From contig JALDZX010000001.1 in assembly GCA_022813865.1 (NCBI GenBank), forward strand, positions 62,001-126,000: a stretch of DNA of 64,000 bases. Direction: 5' to 3'. Origin of the DNA: Xylographa opegraphella. Its lineage: Eukaryota. Both the position numbers and the translations under genes were made by a program. Positions 39,964 to 51,766 of the stretch are shown one piece after another. Within the stretch, counting starts at the first letter, position 1. The number at the start of each line of letters is the position of its first letter. The notes beneath the pieces were generated by a model, which was given only the letters and a program-made list of their open reading frames with translations, searched no databases and had not been told where the DNA came from.

Positions 39964-41059
39964 GACTGCTTCGGCACTAAAAGTAAGATCAATGAGTTCT
40001 CCTTATCGGATGCTTATCTGTTGCCTCTCTGCGCGCGAGGGTTTGCTAGTATCTCGACTTCTCCTTGATTTGGAAATGGTCTGACAAAGCTTTTATGGCT
40101 GTACTCTGTTTGTCTAATGAAGGTTTTGCTCACTGTATTCGATATTGTCCGCCATAAGGACTGCATTGTAGTAGCATGTACAGCATTTTCAGATGTGGCG
40201 TCTGTCCCATCTTCAGTGGCTGCTAGTGTCAATCGTACTGCTTTCTCGCACGCATGACTTCACGTATCTCTACTTTGGCTATGCTGTTGATTTCTTTCCT
40301 TGCACCGGAGTATAATATGCCATGGTACGTCAAGACCATAACTTACTAACCCGTAGGACGATGAAACGTGCTGCGTAGCTATCAGACGTGTTTCGGCATG
40401 TAAGAATTGTAAATTGTCCGTATCTATTAGACTTCTCGGATCCCCCATCTTGAACGACGCGGATTGCAGTCCCTCCACAGTCTCGCAACGTCTTTTCTTT
40501 CACATTTGTCGGACACTATGCAACAGGTACATAATGGTTTTTGTAAATCTTCGGCTGTCCGTCGTGGAGCCATCTTGACATATGCCTGAAACTTATTTTA
40601 CTCCGAATTTACCCTCCAACTTACATCCAATCATGCTTTCACTCCACACATCTCCAAACACGCTTCATGCTTTTACATTCGAACCTCTCCCAACACGCTT
40701 GAATTTTAAATGTTAAGCTTTAATATTCTGCTCGCCACTCTTCAAGCGGCCGCTTCACCCCCCAGTGACGCTTGCACCGCGCCTCACCGTCCGCTTTCAT
40801 ATCCCGTAGTCTTATAGTCCGAAATATCCATCGATTGCAGACGGCCGACTACCTTCTCCATCATGAGCGACCACTCCTTCCACCCGGCCACGAACTCCAC
40901 GGCCCCATCACTCGCCATCTCACCCCCGCGCGCTCTCCAGCCGGTCATTTGCGAATCACATCAAACATCACACATCGCAACCACAATCACAACCACACGA
41001 CCGCTGATACAACCACACGACCGCTCTCATACAGACACTCAAAACCACCGCTCACACAC

Positions 41060-41100
41060 ACACTCAACACCACCACCACCACCACAACCACCACCACCAT
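41060..41100. repeat. (CAC/ACC)n imperfect microsatellite in a C-rich intergenic tract
   Basis: caccaccaccaccaccacaaccaccaccacc read directly. Confidence 0.7.
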
Positions 41101-41674
41101 GCCCTCCCGCCCAATACCTCCGGCCGAGATACGCCAACCACACGTCCCGTCCGCCAGGCGGGCGTGCGTCGCGCGAGAAAGTCATCATGCGCGCACTAGA
41201 TGTGCGCGCTTGGAGGCGACTATGCGGCGTGCGGGAGGTGTGTGTGTACTGGTCTTGGTGTGGGAGGTTGTAAACGGGATGGAGGATGGATGGACGGAGA
41301 CATTACCAATCCAGGGAGTCAGTAAATACGCTGTACGTAGCTACGCGGCACGAGCGTGCGCGAAAGGATACCTCCAACCACGATACATAGTCGCCGCAAG
41401 GTGGGAGGTCAATAGGAAAAGGGCCGACTACCGCTCCTCGTAGGATGGGTAATACTGGAGTTAGGACGGTGGACGGATCGGGCTCTTTGCGTATGTAAAC
41501 AAGGTATTTATCACATCGTTGCTTGCATGGTATGGTTCTACACCATGGAAGCCCCTCTCTCGCGCCATGCACTGGCCCGATGCAAACGCCTCGCTATGCA
41601 CACTTCCCCTTCTCGCCATCCTTTGCCCCACCTCCCCTTTCCCCCTTCCCCTTCGGGCGACCCGACCTTCCCAA

Positions 41675-43056
41675 TCAATACCAGATCTTAATCAGCTCCT
41701 CGCTCACCGCGCTCGGCGTTTGCACGCCCGACTCGGTGATCAGCGCCGTGATGAGGTCGGGCGGCGTGTAGTCGACCGCGGAGTCGTTGGCACGGAGCGC
41801 CGCTGCCGCAGTACCTTTCGACGGCGGCGGCGGCAGTGGCGCAGGAGGCTCGGACGCCGTGGCCAGCAGCGGGCCCTTGGAGCTCGTGGACGAGGTCTTG
41901 GAGCCGCCGCGGGGCGAGTCCAGCTTGTCGAAATACTCGCCGCGCTCCATCACGGCGGGGGTCTGCTCGACCCAGCGGCCAGAGTCGAGGATGGAGGTGG
42001 CGCGCGAGCGGGCGGTAGGGGAGGAGGCCGGCTTCGCGAGCTGGGCTCCGTCGTTGGCCATCTTCTCGTCGTCGTCGTCGTCGACGACGTCGGTGCGGAA
42101 GTCGAGCACCTTCTGCTCGATGGGCAGGTCGTACTGGCCGAGCGGGAACATGCGCACGAACTTGTGGCTCTCGGCCACGACGTAGACGGGCTTCGCGGCC
42201 GCTTTGGCCAGGATGCCCATCTGGTAGGTGCCCATGCGGGAGATGATGCCGCCGTTCTCGACCACGCCTTCCGCGCCCACGAGGACCATCGATACTCTGC
42301 CCATGCTGTACGCGACGGCCGATTCGGGGATCGTGGCCACGGGCACGGATAGCTGGCGTAGCGAGCGGATGATCTGGTGGGACTCCGAGTGCGGGGTCGA
42401 GGTCGATTGCACGTAGATGACTTTGAAGCGGGGCGAGCCGCCGCCGTGGGCTTCTGCTGCTGCTTGTAGGACCGCGCCCACGACTCGGCTGCCGCCGTTG
42501 GTGAGGACGACGCTCCCGTCGCGGACGAAGCGGCTGCCGTAGCTGGCTATTGTGCGTCGTGCTTCTTTTGCGCGCTTGACGAAGAGTCGGCCGTTGCTGA
42601 GGAGGTGTTGCCGTATGAGCTTGAAGTCGCCGCCGCCGCCGGGGCCGTGGTTGAGCGGGGTGCCGCGGAGGGTGGTGATGAGGTAGCGCTGGAAGAGGTC
42701 GGTGCCGGCAGAGAGGGAGATAGGGTTGGGTATGGAGCGCTTGAGTTGAGCGGTTGAGGTCGCGAGGAGGTCGAGGGTTTCGGAGATGGTGGACAGGGTG
42801 GGGGGCAATTGGGCAAGGAGGAGTACGAGGGCTTCGATGGCGGCGACGGGCATGGTGAGGTCGGGGTCTGAGGCGAGGAGGGACTGGTATGTAGAGACGA
42901 TACTGCATGTTGAATCAGCGCTTGCTACGTAAGAGAAGTATGTAATTCGCTCGAAGTTCGGTCTTCGGGAACGAAAAGGCAAACATGAGCCAGCGGGAAG
43001 GCATACTCGAAGTCGGACTTGCCATTGAGCGTGGGCACCGTGCCCACGGTATCCAT
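41675..43056 (-). CDS. GCN3: Translation initiation factor eIF2B alpha subunit
   Basis: Short exon 1 (MDTVGTVPTLNGKSDF) then GTATGC intron. Motifs DPDLTMPVAAIEAL, ISLSAGTDLF, LVGAEGVVENGGI, AESHKFVR and VDYTPP..ITALITESGVQTPSAVSEELIK. Confidence 0.95.
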
Positions 43057-46048
43057 ACGCGTCATGGCTGGTGGGTGCCCAGGTAGAGGCGGCGGTGTCG
43101 TTGACGGCTCAGCTGCAGGTGGAGAGGGGGAGGAGGGAGCTGTTTTGGCATCTCAGTATTTTTTTCGACCCGGGTATAGGCGTTGCATGCGCTAAGGAGG
43201 TTTGATCTGGGGTAGGGCTTACGCGATAGCATTGTTTCCGTCATCGTGAATGTTGAGCTAGTATTGTTCTTTCCAACTTTAGCAACCCTCGGAGCTTCTC
43301 GCAAATGGGTGAAGACTATAACACCGAACTCAGGTTATATTACTAGGGAGGCAATAACTATTCAATAAACTGTGTTGATGATGCAAGTGCTTCAATGCTA
43401 CGCCAGCTAAGGATAGGCTAGCTTATCTTAGAACGTGGCTCGGCCCGCAACAAACAAAGCCCTTGCATGAGCTTCAACACACGATCAACAATGAATGACT
43501 GAAGGTCTCCACCATAAGGTAGCCATCGAAGATCAACCTGAAGACGTGCGATACGTGCACCCAGATATATTACACTCTACATTGATCCCATAACTTGACA
43601 CAAGCGTTAACATCAGCAAGAAGGCGAAGGATAATCATATCTGGAGTCATAGCATGAGGGTGGACGTAGCATTATCCTATGGTAATTCGCACTGCTCTGC
43701 TGATACGCACGGAGCCGTATATTTGAGATATCGTACAACAGGGACGATCAATGTTTCTGATCAGAGGCGAAAGGGGAGTGGATGACACTATGGAAGTCAA
43801 GTGAGCAGGCCATTAGAGCGAGCATCAAACAGATGGACTCCTGTGTGATTCACAGGCGCATTAAACCTCCGTGATAGGAGACCGGCAACCATGTACAGTT
43901 AACGGATGACGACTATAGACAACCCCCATGTTGATCTCGAGTCACACCTATCCAGTTACCTCAATCGACAAAGTAATGCGGCGAACAGTCTGATAGTGCT
44001 CTTAAACAACCACTAATTCTGAATAAGAATTTCACAAATCTAAGAAGCTCCATGTGATGTACAGCTCTGATGCAGAACCTCTAACAGTTGTTGTGCCTTC
44101 CTATCTCCGAACTATGTAACCTGCTCGCAGTCTGTGGCCGTACGGTATCTATGGCGAGCTTGGTACCGCCATGTATCCCCTGATCGGACATCGTAGGTAT
44201 GCCATCATGCGGATACAATCGAAACTGTATGACACAAGGCGCCACCAGGCGTTGTCTAGTGCATGTAAGTAATGAGAGACCACTATAGTGACTTGTCAAC
44301 TCAACTTGTCGTACATGTTCAGCAGCCCCTCAGCCCTGCCGTACTCTCTCTTTATCCTGTTCTGAAAAGAGCACCATTTAATTGGAGAATCACCTGACTC
44401 AGACCGCACTCGGGGCATTTGCCCTTCTCCAAAAACACTCATCTTTTACCAACCTTGTGTTGCATCCTTTGGACGTCCAGCTTTTCCGATACCAAAGCCT
44501 CCGGTTGAGAGGTCTACGGATGGTCTGGGTGACCATTATTCTGGTGTTCCCACATGGTGGTCGCCAAGATTACATGTGAAAGGTTCTTTGTTCCGCATAG
44601 TGAGCGAAGTATTGACAAATTTTGATCGACGACCCTGCCATTCTGTTGTCAGAGATTCGCTGCAAATCAATAATTCCTGTCAGCCGAGTGCGATCATCAT
44701 ATACCGCTTTCAGCCAAGATGCAGTCAGGTTAGAATTGCAGTGTCCGTGCGATTGCTGTCGTCAAATCCAGGCGTATCAACCAAGGTTACGTTACAAAAT
44801 CCGATTTTGAATTGAGCCTCTTCGATCTCTGACGTACCTGTAGAGTGACTAATCAGGACGAGCCAGATAGGCAGGATTCATCAACAGCGACTCACAAGGT
44901 TGTAGTCCATAACCTATCTGAAGATCCCTTCCCGTGAGCTTGCTGATAAAAGACGACTTTCCAGTCCCAGTTAGACCGAAGACTGCAATAACGATATCGT
45001 TTGGCGATAGCCCTCCATAATTTTTTACATTTTTCGGAGTCTTTGAGCTATCTTTTGACCTACACTTTGAGCTAGGCTTGACAGGCCGAAGGGTTTGAAA
45101 GGTCTCGGGTCACGAACTTCCGCTCTCTGTGACTCGACGGGTATTTCCGTATCCGAGATATCCTTCTCCAAAACATCTGAGGCCGTTCATGGTGGCTCCT
45201 GGATCTCGGCTGGCACGGTCCAGGGTTCATATTCGTTGCAATGCATGCCTGGCGTAACCTGGACATGACTGTCATCTGTTTTCCAAACACAAGTACTGGG
45301 AATAAGCGTAGACCATGGTGTTTGTAGCTACTCCTCCATATTTGTATCACACAGTCTTGATGAGAACACCCACCCGTAGCTCGTTACGAACGATACACAG
45401 GAGCGGGCATATAATTGTCCTGCAGGCTGCTTATGGCTGAACCCGAAACTCGAGGAGATACATGTCTTGCATTACGCATTGTCAAAGTCGTAGCCTCGCG
45501 TTGAGCATACGCTCCCGATAGGATAAGATAACTGGCTAACATGGCCGAGGAGTGCCGTCCTTGCACAGCAACTATCCGTGAAAGACACCACGTCCGAGCT
45601 TGACTGGTCGAGTAAGGCTACCGACAGTCTCCGAATGAAAAGCTTGGATTGGCAATAAATTGTTGTAAGCTACAACATAATTGATGACGGTTTGAAAGAT
45701 AAGTGATACTTCAGAATAAAACAACGCTTCGAATGTGTTCAAGTCAAGTTCGTCGTTAGATTAGCCAAGAAGATATAGATCTGCCCGATATATTTTTGGT
45801 CAGACATCGTGTGAGGGCCGTTGTATTGTTCCAGAGGCTTGACAGCCCAGAGTATTGGCGATTGCAACCAACATGTATACACAAATTCATATTTAACCAA
45901 ACACAAGCTCGCATTGCGCTTTCGAAGATTCCAGCAGCTTTTGAGTTGCAACATTCTTTTGCGCAGTATCTCCCAAGAGAAAGCAAGATTGATATGCGTT
46001 TTATTACTGCCCATTAACCATTGGAAATTACTCATTGGTATACAAATA

Positions 46049-46102
46049 TGCAAAAAGCAGCATGAACAGGGCAATGATGCCCTGTTCATGCTGCTTTTTG
46101 CA
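46049..46102. repeat. Perfect 25-bp inverted repeat with a 4-nt loop
   Basis: TGCAAAAAGCAGCATGAACAGGGCA (46049-46073), ATGA, then TGCCCTGTTCATGCTGCTTTTTGCA (46078-46102), the exact reverse complement. Confidence 0.95.
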
Positions 46103-46605
46103 AGAATCTTTCCGATTCGATCAAGCACACAAAAAAGTATAGTATTAAATATTTTAGGACTTCCAAGGACTCAACGCTTGTCAAATACAGGTGCGAGCAA
46201 GAGTCGTGGAGAGCCAGTCGGATCAAGCAAGGTCCATTATCAGAGAACCAAAACCGCACCCAGATCTCAATCTTAGGCTGTCAATCAAATACTAATCCAT
46301 CGATTACATTCCAAGTTGCCTGTATATGGTTATGTGATTACGAGAGGAACCGTCCCACTTTTCTCCTCCCTAAGATCTTTTTTCGACTGCAAGTTTTCGT
46401 TTGTTCGGTAGTCTACCCAAATCGGGAAAACGTGGAGGACGATAGGACCTAGTACCTATCCTAGGATAATTTACCTGTAATCTATCTTATCGATAAAAAA
46501 CAAACACACAACTGCACTTCACTCCTCACCTCCAAGCCTCCACAACCCTCCCAACAAACGCAACACCTTCCACCCAGACCACTACCCACACCCCCCCACT
46601 CCACA

Positions 46606-47400
46606 ATGGACCCTCTCCCTCCCGACGCCATCCAACGCGTCCTCTTCGTCTCCCCCTCCGTCCACGTCTACGCCATCCCGCCCCTCACCAGCACAAAAGG
46701 CTACCTCGCCGCAAGCTGGACGACCCCCTCCGTGCACCAATTCCCTGCCTGCCGGCTGCGCATCGTGGAGACCGCCATCCCCTCCTCAAGCACCCCTGCC
46801 ACCAGCACCTCCCTCGCCCCCACCGCCTCCGAAACTCTCACCACGACCCTCCTCCTCGAAGACCCGTCCACGGGCGACCTCTTCGCCGCAAGCCCATACA
46901 CCACCCCCGCAGCGGTCTCTCCGGCGCTGGACTCATCGCGCTTCTTCGCCGTGCGCGTCGTTGGCGAGGGCGGGCGCAAAGCGGTGCTGGGCATCGGGTT
47001 CGAGGAGCGCGCCGAGGCGTTCGATTTCGGGGTCGCCCTGCAGGAGGTGCGGAAGGTGCTGGGGATGGATGGGGGAGGGGCCGACGGGAAGGGGTTGGTG
47101 GGGGAGGCGCCTGCGGGAAAGCGGAAGGTGGGGGGGAAGGAGAATGTGGCGGCGGAGGGGCCCGGGAAGAAGAGGGACTGGAGTCTGAAGGAGGGGGAGA
47201 GCATACATGTGGATGTGGGCGGGCGGGGGAGGGAGAGGAGGAAGGAGGGGATGGGGGTGGGGTGGATTGCGCCGCCGAGTGCGGGTGCCGGGGTGGGGTT
47301 TTTGCCGCCGCCGCCGAGCGCGAGGGAGGTGAGGGAGGAGAAGAGGAGAGAGGCGAAGGAGATGGGGTTCGATGACGGGGAGTTTGGGGAGTTTCAGTGA
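46606..47400 (+). CDS. Adaptin ear-binding coat-associated protein (NECAP, PHear domain)
   Basis: VHVYAIPP...GY.AASW, LEDPSTGDLFAASPY, LDSSRFFAVRV, LGIGFEERAEAFDFGVALQ, DWSLKEGESI and acidic FDDGEFGEFQ C-terminus. Intronless. Confidence 0.92.
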   Translation: MDPLPPDAIQRVLFVSPSVHVYAIPPLTSTKGYLAASWTTPSVHQFPACRLRIVETAIPSSSTPATSTSLAPTASETLTTTLLLEDPSTGDLFAASPYTTPAAVSPALDSSRFFAVRVVGEGGRKAVLGIGFEERAEAFDFGVALQEVRKVLGMDGGGADGKGLVGEAPAGKRKVGGKENVAAEGPGKKRDWSLKEGESIHVDVGGRGRERRKEGMGVGWIAPPSAGAGVGFLPPPPSAREVREEKRREAKEMGFDDGEFGEFQ

Positions 47401-47780
47401 GGAGGGGGGGCGTTTCGGTAAGGGGTGGTGGATTTGTTTCTGGGGTGTCAGGAGGTGGTGGATACCGGCTGGGGATATTTGGTTCCGAATTATGGCCTAT
47501 GGATATCTGGCTAGGTGATCGGGTCAATAGCATAGCCGTACGGACTTTATTCGAAATCTTTCTGAGGATGGCTGCTGTCGGTCGCTTAGATGTGACAGTA
47601 TACATTATCTCATTAGATGGGCAAGGTATGTCCCAGTCTCACGATATATCGGCAACGCTAATGCTGTACTGGGAAGCAGCCACCCGTACCATACCCAATG
47701 GCAAAACGACTCCCATATTCGCTCTACAAAGCCTAAGGTATTCAAACACTTGACCAAAGTGCTTCATGCCTCGAACATTT

Positions 47781-49701
47781 TCAGCCCTCACCATCGAGCT
47801 CCTGGAGCTCTTTCTCTTTGGCCTCCAGCATCTGTCTCATCTCCTCGGCTTCCCGTTTCAGTTTCGCTTTTCTTGTCGACTTCTCTAGCTCCGTGACGGC
47901 GCCACCAGGATCTTCATAGTCCAGAGGTCTCAACCGCTGTTCGGACGTTGGCATTGTATTATAAGGTTGATTTCGATGCTGTGGCTGGGAGCTACCGCTT
48001 CTTTGGTACCTGGTATCCATAACGATGTCATCGTTACTTTTGCCAGGTTGTTGAGCAGGGTTTAGTATCGAAGATATGGAGCTCAATCGATTCGATCGGG
48101 CGCTGTCTGGCGTGATCTCAAGCCCACTGGTGCCTTCCGCAGCAGCGAAGCTTCGCTTCCGGGTGGCCTCTGGCTTCGATAATTGCGAGGCTGGGCTTGT
48201 CTGCAAAGGTGGGATCGACATTGGTGGGTTGTAAGGTGATGAGAAATGCAGATTTTTCAAACGTTCCTGAGGATAGGTATCGGGCGACATCGAAGGAGGA
48301 CGTCCAAAACCGGTGAAATCTGTCGGGATTGCCTCATATTGGCGGTCTGTCGACCGGTTTCTTGGACGAAGACCAAGGCTGACTGAACCGTCATAATTTA
48401 TGTTCGAAAGTCGGCTTTGTTGCAATTGTGGTTCCGAGGTGGAAGCTGGAGATGCATCAGGAGAAACGGAAGTCGGAGGCAAGGTTCGGGAATTTGATGG
48501 TTCAGGTCCCTGATCCGAAAGTGCAGGTACCACTCTTTTTCTGCGTTTTATAGTAGATTTCTTCATTGCGACTGGTCTGGTAACTCCGTGCAATTTGTGG
48601 TATAGGCCTGCAAACCCGCCGTTAGTGGATTAAAAACTTTCGAGGAGATTTCTGAAAGCTTACCGCAAGCATTACATATGGTATGGCCTGCATCATCACG
48701 CCGCCAAAGAGGGGTGATGGTAGTGCCACAATTCTTGCATGATAGTTCAATACTACCCGAAGCACTTGTCGTTGAGGATTTGTCTTGTAAAGGGGTCAAC
48801 GGATCGGCTTCCCCTTGCATTTCTTGAGAAGTTTCATTATCATCGTCTTGATCACCAGCATTGGTTGTCCGATTTGCTGATTGTGGATTGTTTACTTGAG
48901 CTTTCTTCGAAAGTCGATTATTGTATGCCGGGCAGCCATTACAGCCATCGGCGCCTCCTGTGCCATTACAGCGACCACCTCCAGGGCAAGAACCTGTCGG
49001 CACCTGATGCGGAACCAGATCGGCTGTTCCAGTTTGCAACATCGAACCGTTTGGACCTGAGGGTGATATACTTTGGCGACGATCAGAGGTATCTGGTTCT
49101 GATGTAGATGCTGAAGTTGGGGGCAAAGGAGATCGTTTCAGGTTGATCGGCCGCGATGTGTTTCGTGCTTTCAGATATAATCCACATGCATTGCAAATGG
49201 TGGATCCGGTAGGCGATCGTCGCCACAAAGGAGTCTTAGATGTCCCACAATTGCTGAATATAAACTTTAGCATTTCTAGCATCAAAACTTAAATGGTACG
49301 AATTGCTCCACGGGAGATGCTCACCTGCATACCTGACCCAAAACAGTCGTGTTGACCAAGGGATATTGAAAATCGGTATTGTTATCATCCACAACTCTTT
49401 GGGGAGGGGTTTGTGTTTGCTGTCGAGCACTATACTCCGCTTCGGCCGAATCACTCATGTCGGAGTTTTGCCAGCGACGAAATGCATCTTGTGACGCAAT
49501 TGAAGCGCTGCTCCCCGCATTCATTCGCCCTTCCTGAGCATGCTGCAGAAGCTGATGAGCGGCATCATACTCGTCTTCCGAGGTCTGTCGAGGGGAATTC
49601 GAGGAATATGGCAGCTTTGTCGACACTGGCGAAAGTCTTTCCTTTGGGCCCGCCGTTTGAGGATCTGTCATCGTGGCATACCCTCGTCCGCTGCCCGCCA
49701 C
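47781..49701 (-). CDS. sreA: Iron-responsive GATA repressor SreA/SRE
   Basis: Two GATA fingers ([22 protein letters not shown], split by an intron; [23 protein letters not shown]) flank the Cys-rich iron-sensing region [23 protein letters not shown]-terminal coiled coil. Confidence 0.95.
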
Positions 49702-50134
49702 TGAAAGGCTACCGGGAGGCTTTGGCCGTCTTCTGAATCCGATAAGACTTTTGTGGACTGCGTGTTATGGTATCCATCAACTATGGCCAACAGAGGTTGC
49801 AAAAGGGTATATTGAGGCACCGACGAACAACTCGCAAGGGAATGAAAAGCCGGATAAAAGCCGTTGTGGCTGTCGGAAAGAGGACTCTGCGTGCGGAGAT
49901 ATACAACGAGGTCACGGTAGCACAGTCGCATGCAGACGAAGACAAAATGTACCACAACGTATGCACATGAAGGGGTACTGATAGTTGCAAGCTGCCGCCA
50001 GTAATCAGATGGAAGAGTAAAGTTCTCTACAGACGGGACCAGTGTGGAGGCCCGATGCGCGTTAGATGCGGCTTGACCCCAGACGCATGGTGGGATTCCC
50101 GGTGGTGAAATTGTTGCATGACATATAGCTCGCC

Positions 50135-50143
50135 GCTGATTGG
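50135..50143 (-). promoter_or_regulatory. CCAAT box (CCAATCAGC) about 440 bp upstream of the sreA ATG
   Basis: gctgattgg on the + strand. sreA is a known CBC/HapX target in Aspergillus, but the exact CSAAT-N12-RWT spacing is not met here. Confidence 0.3.
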
Positions 50144-50595
50144 CTGCTGCTGCCAAGCACTCCGGCTCGCGATCGGCTCCACGCCGCCCTATTGCCGCTT
50201 GGCGGTGCTGTTATCAGATTGCAGCCGGGGCTATATCCACAACGGGCGCCTGCTTCTGCACTTACGTACCACGATGCGTCAGACGCGAACACTCTTATAA
50301 ATAGATCATCACATCGCTGCTTCATCGATGGCCGTTTGCATGAATGTGCCCTTGTATATATACACTATTTGTGTGAAATGGCGCTTCACTAACGGGGAAC
50401 CCTCGATATGGTACAAGGCTAGATTTGATCTTTTCCACAGCCAATAGCTAGACCGCTGCTTTCTGGTGCACCTTCATCTGAACAAGACAGCAGGTCCATG
50501 CTCTCCTTTCCTTGCACACCTCCTTTCACGATTTGCTGTCGAGACAACTCATGCTTGGCGCCTGCATACCCACGGTTGTTTTCCGAGTAAAGGTC

Positions 50596-51241
50596 CTAGA
50601 CCTGCTCAGCGCCCCAGCCTTGGTCTGCCTCTCGCATGTTCGCTGGCGGCTCAATTGAAGGTAGGAATTCGAGAACGATATACGCGACACCAATGGCACC
50701 TACAATGGCGCCTGGAATGTAATTGTACCAATGTTCGCCAAGGAAACACGTCGAAATGAACAGATAAACTATCATACACCTTAGCCTGCATTTCACCGGC
50801 GACCTTGGGAGTAGATTTGAGCTTACAGAAACCTCGCCCGATGAAGCTGAACATGAACGACGCGAATCGCACGACATACGGGGGAATCTGAAACTCAAGA
50901 CCCGCAGTGGCTATTGAATCAGTTATAGTGGCCCGTACGTTTCAAAGACGGGGCCATACCCAAACCAAAGACAATCACGAAACAGCCGCGTATAACGCTG
51001 CTGCTGTAGAAGGCAGGAAATATCAGTATGTCATACGTCGCTTTTCAGAGTCGAGGTGTCCCCTACAAGTATATGGGAAAGAACAGCCCGATGCCTCCCA
51101 GCACCATGAACAGGCCTACGGCCAGATTGGCTATTCGGCTATCGAGTGATACAAGTCAGCCAACGACCCGTAGGAAAGGGAAAAGTAGCTGGAGTCAAGC
51201 ACACGGCAGGGGCAAGCTTACAATCCATTCTGAAGATCCAT
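50596..51241 (-). CDS. TVP15: Golgi membrane protein Tvp15 (COPI-associated family), about 5 exons
   Basis: Spliced product MDLQNGF/RIANLAVGLFMVLGGI.../LEFQIPPYVVRFASFMFSFIGRG/...LEFLPSIEPPANMREADQGWGAEQV*. Confidence 0.88.
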
Positions 51242-51766
51242 CGCGCGGAGTCTGCGTGCTGATTGAGTAAAAATAGACTTTGCTGGAGCGCAATAGGACA
51301 AGAACTGAAGCTGTAGTGCGTCGCAGATTGTCGTAGACACGAAAGCAGCCGCGCTGGAATGCGTAACGTACGTGGAAGATGATGAAGCTCTCTAGCGCAT
51401 GCGCACCGAAATTGGGAGGTTGGCATCAAAAGAAGCTTCATCATCACTACTCCGCATGTGGAATAGCGTTGGATCTGGAGCTGAGCCGCAAGCACTCAAA
51501 CAGATGGGAGGTACCTGAAATTACCAGTCCTCTTACACAGTACAGTCATGCACAAGGACGTTCAAGGACGAATGCTTGAATGCAAGATTCTATAATGTCT
51601 TCGATTAAGACTCTCCGGGCTTGTATAGGGTACTGCCTCTATATCTGCTGCGCCGATATTGTAAAAAGGCTGGCCAATCTCTTTGGACTTCTACCACCTG
51701 GGGTCTTAATACATCCTTGTTCTGCAACTCTTGCCTTGATCATTCATTTTTATATTGGAGTACACT

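Noticed and set aside
40772..41572. Possible gene or structured ncRNA (telomerase RNA, RNase P/MRP) in the C-rich/G-rich tract
   Set aside because: No telomere template (TAACCCTAA) or P/MRP conserved regions found by eye; the ORFs are microsatellite-driven.
41675..43056. eIF2B-alpha or other flanking housekeeping genes as self-resistance targets of the cluster
   Set aside because: No evidence of duplication in this window; they lie outside the accessory block among ordinary housekeeping genes.
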